Shown here piece by piece: positions 13,546 through 24,498 of a stretch of DNA of 64,000 nt; positions within the stretch are counted from its first letter, which is position 1; each line of letters starts with the position of its first letter. Under the pieces are notes generated by a model. It did no database searches. It saw nothing but the letters and a program-made list of their open reading frames with translations, and was not told the origin of the DNA. The stretch lies in the NCBI RefSeq assembly GCF_009914755.1, contig NC_060927.1; one strand, given 5' to 3'. This DNA comes from the human T2T-CHM13v2.0 reference genome, Homo sapiens. Position numbers and translations under genes: made by a program.

Positions 13546-13916
13546 GTAAGCTACATGGCAAATTGTGCCTCTCAGTGTATAAAGTAAGGCCAGATTTCCT
13601 TCTAAAGGTGACCTGTGAGCAATTAAGGTTTTCAGTATTAAGTGTTTAAATTAATTCTTTATAAATAGATGTAAAACAGCAAAATAATTGAAAAAAAAAA
13701 GTCATTTTTATCTCTACGTTTATTTTTCAACAAATTAACTGTCTTCTTTTAGTTGTCAAATACTAATTTTATTTTATGTAAAAGGATTTATTATATTTGC
13801 TAACATCTCAACAACTTATATTTCAACAAAATAGTAATTGGATTTACCTAAATAAATATAACTACTTATGGGGAAAAATTAAAGTTCCTAAATGATTTGA
13901 AACAATCATGTATTTG

Positions 13917-13918
13917 AT

Positions 13919-13957
<39 letters not shown>

Positions 13958-13963
13958 CATACA

Positions 13964-13982
<19 letters not shown>
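13917..13982. repeat. (CA)n/(TA)n compound microsatellite at an Alu tail
   Basis: Direct read. Confidence 0.9.
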
Positions 13983-14299
<317 letters not shown>

Positions 14300-16679
14300 A
14301 TAATATTTTTATGTTTAGAAAATAATGTATTTGGGGGAATTTTCAGGCATCCTAAAAATTAAATTTAACATTTATGTGTGTAAAAATGATATTACCCAAT
14401 AATTAATTTACTTAGGAAAAATGAAAAATTGCAGAAACCATTTCTATTCTACCTTCCATAACTTTTCAAAATGTGTGTGGTATTCTTAAAGAAGTTAATA
14501 CACAATTTGTGCCATACTATTACTTTTTAATACCTTAATTTCTGGTGTAATGTATGGAATACATAAAAATAAAGTTACAAATGTTAAATTATTATATCTT
14601 TTCAGTGTGAATATATATTTTTGCTCAAATTGTTTAGTAATCAAAAAAGTAATTTGTTAAAAAAAATTCTCATGTTACCATGTAAATTTGCCTTAAGGTA
14701 GCACTTAAAAGTAAACATTTTACAAATGTTATTTGTTTAATTGTGATGACTATAAAAACAAACAATTAAAAAGCTAAGAAACTATCACATATATATTTTA
14801 AAGTAAATTTCAAAAATGCAGATTTTCAAAAGGCTGAATATATTTAAAGTAAAAAACATTTTCAAGTTAAGTATTATTGGTCTGCTTATGTGAGTAAATT
14901 AGATATTGCTTCTAGTTCAATAATTCTAACAGTTTTAGATATATTTTTGGACTGGAAACTAAAGATTTCACTTTAATTTCTGCTCTTAAAAAATACCTAT
15001 TCAAAATAATTCATCCAAATCAGTTACAATTTATTTATCACTATTTCCATTTCCTAAAAATTAAGAATATAGCCACTAGATAGCAGAAGAGAGAATATGA
15101 ATTTTTCATGAGGGAATTTTCTCTTTAATTGGGAGTTTTGCTTAAAGGAGCAACTTACTTCATATGTTTATAGAATTGCGATGCCACACTAAAAACATAC
15201 CCAACTATAAACATATCCAATTTGAAATATAGTATCTTCAAAATTTTGTATCCTAGTGAAGTTAAATTGGTCTGCAAATATTGCACAGCTCATATTTATA
15301 AAATCATAATCTATTAGAATTATGAACTTAGAAAAAATGAAACAAATGTATCAAAAAATTATAAAACATCATAAAAAAATCTCATTTTTATGAATAAAAA
15401 TTCAGGTAAATATTAAAATGTAAAAGGGTACCCAAATATTAGGAGTGGTCTGTTTACAGACCATTTTTATTTCTTATTTTTGCCTATTTGATTTTATGAG
15501 TGTTACACCTTAACAATAATTTTACACATACATTTTTAAAAAGTTGTTTCAAAAAAATGAAGAAACAACTGTATGAGAAGAAAGACAAATATGATAATTT
15601 AGTCATTCATTTCTCTTATTTCAGCTCTACTCCTTCCCTACTACTCCTTCAATCCCCGACCTTCTGGGCTACTATAAAGCAGAATGCTCCTTGACTTTCA
15701 TGTGACCCGTCACCTGCCTGAGTGATAGTTGCAGGAAATCAGGCTCTAGTTGCACAAGTCTTTGTGGCTATATTTTCCTTCCATTGCAGTCAAATCTTTC
15801 TGCTGTGCACAATACATAAGCTATTAACATTACCAGTGGTGACTAGGCAGAAAGATAAACGTTATGACCAGAAAAAAAGGAAATGCAAAAGTGAAACAAA
15901 TTTCTTGTGTCAAGGAAACTTTCTATACCTTAATTTTCATTTGAATTTGTGCACCAGCTTTTTGAGTACCCACAAAATAACAAGAGCTCAGAAATAAGGC
16001 CTGAGAAGGTCCAACATTTAAAACTTGGGCAAAGAAGGATTAAGCCACAAAAGAGCATGAAAATGGAGAAAGGAGGAAAACAAGGAGATTGTTGTGTCAT
16101 AGAAGATAGGAAGAGAGTGCTTCCAGAAAGTGTGGACTTAAAAGCTACTGAGAATAAATAATAATAGTAAAAACTGACCATTGAGCTAAAAAAAATAAAG
16201 TTTGTTAATGTTAAAGCCTATTGACATTTTTGCTATATTTCTAGAAATTTAAAGTTTTTAATATTATCAAATAGATGCCAATTTTGAGAGAAAAAATGAT
16301 AGGAAATTTAGATAAAAGGAGAAAGTAAATAATAAAAACTACCTGAAATCTCATCATTAGAGATAAAGCTATTAACATTTTGATGCACGTCTTTCTAGAC
16401 TTCTTATGCTTATTAATTTCAGGTGTCATTTCTTAATTAAATGCTTCAGTTTTAAAATTTATCCTGGTAGATATTTAATTTTGCCTTATACAAATGTGTT
16501 TCTAAACTACAGCTACTACTACTACAATTACTAATTTTTAATACTTATCATATTATATTATATATAGTGTTGACTTTCACAGTGAAATAAGCAATGAGCT
16601 TAATCTGATGGTCTTGCTGCTTATCTGGCCTTGGAGAAAATATTTATAAAAATGCTTTGTAAATAGTCAGGTGTTCATA

Positions 16680-17990
16680 TTCATCTCTTCACTCAACAAA
16701 GATTTATAGATCACCTACTATCTGCTGGTCACTGTGCCAGATGTGGACAATAAAAAATGAGTAAGACAAAGTTATACAAAATTCTAAGAAGTTTAGTATA
16801 CAATGAAAGCATAAATGGGAGGACCTACTTTAGACTGAGGGTCAGACAGCCTACCTTGGGAAACCTACACTTGAACAGAGGCCTGAGAGAAGTATAGATA
16901 CATGACAAATATGTGATGGGCCAGGAATCACAGGACAAAAACAGCAGTGAAAAGAGATTCAGATAGAGGGACTGCATGTTAAGAAGGCTCTCTGTGCATT
17001 CAAAGAGCAGGAAGAAAGGAAGATGAATTAGGAGGAGAGTAATGCCAAGCAAAATTGAAGTGGGTGCAGGGGCCAGATCATGCAGACCTTGATGTCCCCA
17101 TTAAGGATTTTAGACTATATTCCTTGGATAGTGGAAAGTTAATTAAGGGTTTTGATCAAGGAAAGCTATATGATCTGATTTTGAGTTGTAGTTTTTCAAG
17201 ACTGTTTAGCTATAATGGTAAAGATGAACTGATGAGGGCCAGAGAGGATGTGAGGAGACAATAGCAGAATATGACATAGAGCAAAATAGAGATAAGAGTA
17301 GCCTGGACGAGAATGATAATGAAAGCTATAGAGCAGTAATGATAGATTTGAGAAATACCCAGACATTACAGTAAACAGACTTGGTAGTTTATTCATTACT
17401 GGTGTTGAGTTTTAGATGACTTTGAGGATATTGCTTAGATTTTCGTGGTGAGCACCTGGATACATGGCAGAACCATTTACTGAAATAGGTGGATATGCTG
17501 CAGGCTTGGTAAGGAATTTGGAGAATTTGGTGTAGGATTTCTAGAGGCAGAGACATCTGAGAGAAATCAATCAATGGCAATAAACAATTATAGTTTGTAA
17601 GGCAGATACAAGCTGGGCTGGAAATCTGGGAGTTGTTGATGTATAGTTGGTCATTAAACCTCAAAAGTGAATGAGATCATTTAGGAAGAATCTATGAAAA
17701 GAAGGAGCCCAGAAATTAGCCTTGAGGAACTCAACATTTATTGCTTGAGCCAAGAAGACTTGAGCCCCAAAAGTGCCTGCAAAGAACAACCAGGGAGAAA
17801 GAAGGGAAACTAGGATATTGTCATGTCTCAGAAGGCAAAAGAAGAGTGTTTCCAGAAGACAGAGTATGAAAAACAACTGATAAATAAAATAAGATTAGTG
17901 AAAAATGATTATTGGAATGAGCAATGTGGAGGCTACTTGGAGGACTGGTAGGTCCGAAGCCAAATTGGAGTAAGTTGAAAGGGAATGGGG
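16680..17990 (-). mobile_element. L2 LINE (long fragment) in intron 1
   Basis: Begins with the reverse complement of the L2 3' end ('ttcactcaacaaagatttatagatcacctactatctgctgg') followed by typical L2 body. Confidence 0.8.
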
Positions 17991-19141
17991 TGTCGAGATG
18001 TCAAAACACTTAATGAGATGGCTCCTTCCAGAAATCAAACTATGAAGAGGAGAGGAACACGTGAAACTAGGGAGAGTTGTTTATGTTGCTCCTTATTGTA
18101 AGATTGAAATGATGAGAGTGTTTAAATTCTAATGGAAAAGAGGACATGAAGACTGACGATGAGGAGAAGAATGCTGAAGAGTCAGAAAAGAAGAAATAAT
18201 GGTACCATGGGAATACTGAGAATTTGGGAATGAGTTGGATCTAGAGTAAGCTCAACAAATGCTCTCTATCTCAATGAACTAGGAGGTAAAACCATTTGCT
18301 AATAATGAGTAAGGTAGAGTAAATGAAAAAAGTTTTAAGAGATAAAAAAATATGAAATTGAGAAATATAGGCATATGCTGGCAATATGAGAGAGCGGTAG
18401 AATTAGGTGACCTCAAAGACAGAGTGAAACCAATCTGCTTTATTCTTCAGCAGCATTCATGTGTCTGCTGCTTGAGAAAGTTTCCACTCAGCTTTGTCTG
18501 GAATTGGACTTAGTGGCAGGTTGCCATAGAGAGATTCGAGAGACTCCGAAAAATGTATAATGTTTTAAAGTAAGTGATTAAAAATAACTTTTCAAAATAT
18601 TAAACTTATATCTACAATTCTGTGACTTATTTTCATAAATAAAACACTCTCAAAATAACAATGATCTTTAACTAAAGTAAACCACTTGAATTTGACAAAA
18701 ATACATGAGTTTTCCAGATGCCTTATCATAGCAAATTCTACTGAATTTTGCATGCTTCTCATAAAAAGCAGTTTAGGTGCATTTATTCTTATTTTGTTCT
18801 ATTTACCAAAATTCTATATTGAAAGAATTGTTTGTTTGCAACTAATACTCAGAAGCCTACTTGACAAAGAGGTTTTTAGAACATTTTGTTTTCAACCTTG
18901 GTTTTCCTCACTAGAAATAAGTAACACTTAATGTTTAACAATGGCAATCCAGTACTTTTTTCAGATAATTAAAGTTCTTGAAATACCCTATCCAATCACA
19001 ATCTGGCCTCTTGACAAGAGTTAAAAACAGTAGGTTAGCAAGACTCTTGAGGTTTGAGTGAGTCAGGTTGCTTATTTCCATGGTACATATTCAGAAGGCA
19101 TTACAATAAAGGTCTTTCACTAAGCATATGACCTAGGCAAA

Positions 19142-19465
19142 TGCCATGGTCTTAATATTGGTGTCTCCTCAAAATGTATGTTGGAACCTAATAGTATTAA
19201 GAGGTGGGGCCTTTTGGAAAGTGATGAAGCCATGAAGACTCTACCTTCATGAATGGGATTGGTACTCTTGTGAAAGAAGTTTAACGGAGCTGCCTTGCCC
19301 CTTCTGAAATTGTTGTGAGGACACAGCAGCCACCATCTTTGAAGCACAAGGTGACTTTTCATCAGACACCAAATCTGCTGATACCTTGATCTTGGACTTT
19401 TCAGTCTATAGAACTGTGAGAAATAAATTTCTTTTTTTTATAAATTACTGAGTCTGAGGCATGGC
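19142..19465 (+). mobile_element. MaLR solo LTR (MST/MLT1A-like)
   Basis: 'tgccatggtc...gaggtggggcc...ccttgatcttggacttttcagtctatagaactgtgagaaataaatttc'. Confidence 0.8.
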
Positions 19466-19671
19466 ATCTTTCAATAAATCATGACCAATGTTAATATTAC
19501 TAAGATTTTCAGTTTCATATTTTGAATTTTTAAAAATTAAGTTTTAAAACTGAAGTTGTATCATAGTTTATGAATTTAATACAATAAGCAGAATTCTTTG
19601 GCAATATGGAAACAAGTAAAAGCTTAAAATAGTGAGACTGAAGTTCTAAAAATTCTTATTTCCTCTTCTAG

Positions 19672-19727
19672 GTTATGGTTTAACTCAGCAGAATTTGTTG
19701 AACAACTACGACATGCTGGGGATCATG
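19672..19727 (+). other. SUCNR1: SUCNR1 exon 2 (56 nt; 5' UTR plus first 5 codons)
   Basis: Acceptor 'tttcctcttctag|g' and donor 'ATG|gtatgt'. Confidence 0.88.
19713..19727 (+). CDS. SUCNR1: Succinate receptor 1, first coding segment (MLGIM)
   Basis: ATG CTG GGG ATC ATG followed by a phase-0 donor; joins exon 3 in frame to give MLGIMAWNATCKNW... Confidence 0.88.
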
Positions 19728-19819
19728 GTATGTTTAGAGACACAAAAGTGAATTCAAAATCTTCTCTTCAATTATTTTATCATACGTTCCCTTTGTTTCT
19801 TTGCTATTTGCCAAGCCCT

Positions 19820-20222
19820 CTATTTGTGTTTCCACCTTAATGCCTTCACATGTGCTCTTTCTTATGCCTGGAACACTTCCTGCAAATATAGATATGTCTC
19901 TTTCACTTTCTTCATTGAGGTTTTTGTTTAAATGTCATCTTGTATAAAAGCCTCTCCCTTATCACCACATATAAAAATGAGTCACTGCCACCCTCCATCC
20001 CAAAACTTTCTAATATTTTTACCTTCCCATATGTTTTTATTCATAGCACTTATCATTATTGGTATCATTCATTGTTTACTTCCTGATTATTCTTCCCAAG
20101 AGAGTATAAATTGTTAGAGATTAGGAACTTTGATTTATTCACTGCTGTTATCTCCCGTGCCTGAAATTATATTCAGCACATAGTTGAAAGGTATTCAAAA
20201 AATTTGTTAAAATAATACATTA
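19820..20222 (+). mobile_element. L2 LINE 3' end in intron 2
   Basis: 'gccttcacatgtgctc...tgcctggaacacttcc...attcagcacatagttg...aatttgttaaaat'. Confidence 0.65.
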
Positions 20223-20378
20223 ATGACATATATATATGTGTGTATGCTTTCCTTACTGATGTAACCTACTTTCTATAGTTCACCATTCAAGTGTTTTTCA
20301 TTATTATTATGTTCTGCACAGTTTTGTCATTAGTCACAGTCTAGTGTTTAATCCTTATATTTTCTCTCTCTTCTTTAG

Positions 20379-21368
20379 GCATGGAATGCAACTTGCAAAA
20401 ACTGGCTGGCAGCAGAGGCTGCCCTGGAAAAGTACTACCTTTCCATTTTTTATGGGATTGAGTTCGTTGTGGGAGTCCTTGGAAATACCATTGTTGTTTA
20501 CGGCTACATCTTCTCTCTGAAGAACTGGAACAGCAGTAATATTTATCTCTTTAACCTCTCTGTCTCTGACTTAGCTTTTCTGTGCACCCTCCCCATGCTG
20601 ATAAGGAGTTATGCCAATGGAAACTGGATATATGGAGACGTGCTCTGCATAAGCAACCGATATGTGCTTCATGCCAACCTCTATACCAGCATTCTCTTTC
20701 TCACTTTTATCAGCATAGATCGATACTTGATAATTAAGTATCCTTTCCGAGAACACCTTCTGCAAAAGAAAGAGTTTGCTATTTTAATCTCCTTGGCCAT
20801 TTGGGTTTTAGTAACCTTAGAGTTACTACCCATACTTCCCCTTATAAATCCTGTTATAACTGACAATGGCACCACCTGTAATGATTTTGCAAGTTCTGGA
20901 GACCCCAACTACAACCTCATTTACAGCATGTGTCTAACACTGTTGGGGTTCCTTATTCCTCTTTTTGTGATGTGTTTCTTTTATTACAAGATTGCTCTCT
21001 TCCTAAAGCAGAGGAATAGGCAGGTTGCTACTGCTCTGCCCCTTGAAAAGCCTCTCAACTTGGTCATCATGGCAGTGGTAATCTTCTCTGTGCTTTTTAC
21101 ACCCTATCACGTCATGCGGAATGTGAGGATCGCTTCACGCCTGGGGAGTTGGAAGCAGTATCAGTGCACTCAGGTCGTCATCAACTCCTTTTACATTGTG
21201 ACACGGCCTTTGGCCTTTCTGAACAGTGTCATCAACCCTGTCTTCTATTTTCTTTTGGGAGATCACTTCAGGGACATGCTGATGAATCAACTGAGACACA
21301 ACTTCAAATCCCTTACATCCTTTAGCAGATGGGCTCATGAACTCCTACTTTCATTCAGAGAAAAGTGA
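20379..21368 (+). CDS. SUCNR1: Succinate receptor 1 (GPR91), main coding exon; P2Y-related class A GPCR, 334 aa in total
   Basis: Acceptor 'tctctcttctttag|GCA TGG AAT'; 990 nt open to TGA; seven hydrophobic segments with GN (TM1), LSVSD (TM2), DRY (TM3), FTPYH (TM6), NPVFY (TM7); R99 and H103 present by my count; sequence recognised as human SUCNR1. The track ORF 20469..21368 is this frame started at an internal GTG. Confidence 0.98.
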   Translation, partial: AWNATCKNWLAAEAALEKYYLSIFYGIEFVVGVLGNTIVVYGYIFSLKNWNSSNIYLFNLSVSDLAFLCTLPMLIRSYANGNWIYGDVLCISNRYVLHANLYTSILFLTFISIDRYLIIKYPFREHLLQKKEFAILISLAIWVLVTLELLPILPLINPVITDNGTTCNDFASSGDPNYNLIYSMCLTLLGFLIPLFVMCFFYYKIALFLKQRNRQVATALPLEKPLNLVIMAVVIFSVLFTPYHVMRNVRIASRLGSWKQYQCTQVVINSFYIVTRPLAFLNSVINPVFYFLLGDHFRDMLMNQLRHNFKSLTSFSRWAHELLLSFREK

Positions 21369-21972
21369 GGGGCTTGTGAAACAGATTGTTCTACAGATGA
21401 ATCTGTAAGCCAGTTACAGTTTGCTTTAACTCATAGACATCAATCAGAGAGTGTCACAGATTTAACCTTGATCTAAAGACAAGTTGTACCCAGAGTATGT
21501 GAAAAGAATGGGACGACAAGAATGTACTGGTTTCTTCCTCTAAGAATTGAAAGGAGTTGAACTGCCTTATGTTTGGGCATGTAACTCCAAAATACTAGGT
21601 AGTATAAGGCTTTCTCAATCAGTGCAAAAATGGAAGATATATAAAGCAACAAGTTGTCTGCATTTGATCACTGGTCAGATTGTAAAAAAAAAAAAAATTG
21701 TTTTGGCAACATTCTCTATGTTATTCTTATTCACATGATCCTAGAACTTTATGTGAGAACTGAATAGCAGAAGATATATTATTAAATAGTTTTTGGAAGT
21801 TGTGCTGTTAAGCAAATGTAAAGTCAACAGTAACAATGATTAAGAAAGGAATATAATGAGTTCAAAGATATCTATCTGATATATTTTTTATATTCATCAT
21901 GAATCGGGGTAGTCTTGTAATTTATCTAACCTTTTTGTTGTATGGGTTTATAGTGGAAAGAATCTTAATTTA

Positions 21973-21978
21973 AATAAA
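21973..21978 (+). terminator. SUCNR1: Candidate proximal polyadenylation signal AATAAA
   Basis: AATAAA about 600 nt after the stop codon; another at 22079; usage not shown by sequence. Confidence 0.35.
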
Positions 21979-23282
21979 AAGAACCTGAAGAGATAATTCA
22001 ACAAAAGTAGAGAATATGTTTGAGCTTGTCAGAGAATTTAAGTATCAAAATACTAGAGAGATACACCAAGGATATTTGAATAAAAAAAAAATTTGTAGAA
22101 CACAAAATGCCTATCAGGAAACCCAAAGCAAAACAGAACAAAAAGTGAATACATCGTTTTAAATGATGATTTTGCCATCTGGTATTTTATTATCATAATT
22201 TGACCACCAGTGCATGAAAATATATTAAAGTTCATTAGACTTCTGCTCTTGATTTAATAGTGAACTTTAAAATATATTAATATCATAAACCAGCAAATAA
22301 GGAGAAATAAACTGATAATACTAGATTCATTGGGATAGTTTTCCCTTTTGGAGGGAAAGTCACAATTTTTCTCCATGATCCCCCATTTTTTGTAAACACT
22401 GGAATAATTTACAAGGATAACTTTATTGTAGCGAGAGCAAATCACATCTGGAGTGAGCCTTGTTTTCATGCAACATTACCATAAGACCATTGGAGTAAAT
22501 GTTTCAAACAAAATGTACTTCATGAAATTATAGAACATAAAAATATTTATGTGCATATTAACCTGTATTATCCCAGGAGGGTTAATGAGGCCCCATTTCC
22601 TGCACAAAACAAATGTAGGGGAAAAAATGGGTGCTGCATTAGCTTTTTAAAGTCAAACAACTATCACATAATAATTCCTTGATATGCAACATAAAGTACC
22701 TATGGCCACATATCTAAGTTCCTTTCCTTGATGTCATTAGCTATAAGGAGTGAGTAATGTGAAGGACAAAATAAGCATTATGAATACAGAGACATAAAAT
22801 TCCACTGTCCCTTCCTTTTCTGAAATACTCTGGGAGGTATTCTGATATTTTTAAATCCCCCAATTTTCCCAGTTGATATCTCTAGACTTCAAGCAACTGA
22901 AATATTATAAAAATGCATTAGTCACAAAAGATTTATTTTCTTACATCACACCAGGCTTTAAGATATTTTCTGCCATGCCTTGCCTTTAGTATCAATATTT
23001 TAAAAATTTCACTGTAATTTTATAACTGCCTAATAACAAACTGAAAACAGAACTTCTGAGTTTCCTTATCAGAAAGGGCCACAGAAAAGGCCTTAAGAAA
23101 GAAAGATTCACTTACTTCTGCAAACTTGGCAATCCGTAATTTAACTTTAATTTGTATTTTATGCATGAATTTTACTTGTAAAGACAAAATTAAATTTGCT
23201 TCCCCTACATCCCAACTCCAAGAAGTCACAGGAATAGACTCTTTCTAATAGTGCAGTGAAATATTTTTTCAAACCATAAACT

Positions 23283-23286
<4 letters not shown>

Positions 23287-23329
<43 letters not shown>
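23287..23329. repeat. (TA)n microsatellite
   Basis: Direct read. Confidence 0.92.
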
Positions 23330-23333
<4 letters not shown>

Positions 23334-24149
23334 CTTGTAAACAAGAGGTTAAGAAATTTTATAGCACATTTTAAAATTATTTTCTTCCTCAAATCTATCA
23401 TGTGGTAACTTAATCTTTAACAGACTTTAGGGCCCTAAACTAAAATTATAAGAGCTATTTCATTTGCTTGTTGTACTGGGTAATTGTAAGAATCACAAAC
23501 AATAAATCATGAAAATCCTTTCTGGGTTTGTGGTTTCTAAAGGAAATAATATTGAGCTTTTGTATTTTGTCTTTTAATTGGCTCCCTGGTATCTTCAGAA
23601 TGATGTCTAGATTCTTCAGTCTGGACCCACCTACTCTTCTCACATTATCTCCCATCACTGTTGTCACAAACCATACCCTATAGCTAAAGATTGCTACTTT
23701 AGTTTATTACATTCAGAACTTTCTTCACTTTGTTCACCTGTTGCCCATCTTTGTTCTATCATACCTGAATGGTATAATAATTCTAAACAACTTTCAAGGT
23801 TCATCTCATCTGTCATTCTTTGTTGAAGCTTGCCCTTATATCCTCTCTTCCCCAAACCTAAAAGTAAAACTTTCTACCACTGGGGCTTCAGATACTTTTA
23901 ATACTACTTATTTGAATTTCATTATTTTTATTATAGTTTATTATTGTCTTCATAGCTGAGTACTCTTAAAATTACTGTTTATTATAAGTGAATGTCTTAC
24001 AGAACAAACTCAAAGTCAATGCTTCTTTTGCATGTGAATAATCAAGCTATTTTTTTGTCATCATTACTTTAGTAAGTAACATTATTTTATATGAAGAATA
24101 GAGTGTATATACATAAACCCATGTGCCAGCTGCCATTGCACTGCCTCAC

Positions 24150-24390
24150 ATTTTCCTTTAGATGTTTGAGCATAGTTTTAATGACTGTTTGAAATCTCTG
24201 TCTCCTAGTTCCAAATATGGGTCATCTTGGAGTTGGTCTTCATTGGTGCCTTTTCTCTTCAGTATGAGTCATAATTTTCCTGTTTCTCTATATGCCTAGT
24301 AAATTAGAATTTTATTCTAGATGATGAATAATGTGTGGCAGAGATTCTGGATTCTGTTACATTCCATCAAAGAGTATTGATATTTTGTAT
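24150..24390 (-). mobile_element. Old L1M fragment
   Basis: 'tttgaaatctctgtctcctagttccaaatatgggtcatcttggagttgg...gagattctggattctgtta' typical antisense L1M. Confidence 0.55.
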
Positions 24391-24419
24391 ATACATTTAC
24401 AAATGTACATGTACACAAT

Positions 24420-24425
24420 AATAAA
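24420..24425 (+). terminator. SUCNR1: Candidate distal polyadenylation signal AATAAA
   Basis: AATAAA followed by a T-rich tract, just before the L1 5' end. Confidence 0.35.
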
Positions 24426-24498
24426 AATAATTTTTTTCTCAGACCTGCCTGCAGTCATGAAGGGTTTCTTCTTTATGTGCTTATAACAGTGTAGACAA

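Noticed and set aside
15446-15463. tggtctgt-tt-acagacca hairpin
   Set aside because: An 8-bp stem is expected by chance at this window size
20469-21368. 299-aa ORF as the complete protein
   Set aside because: It starts at an internal GTG (Val36); the frame is open back to the splice acceptor at 20379 and the real start is in an upstream exon
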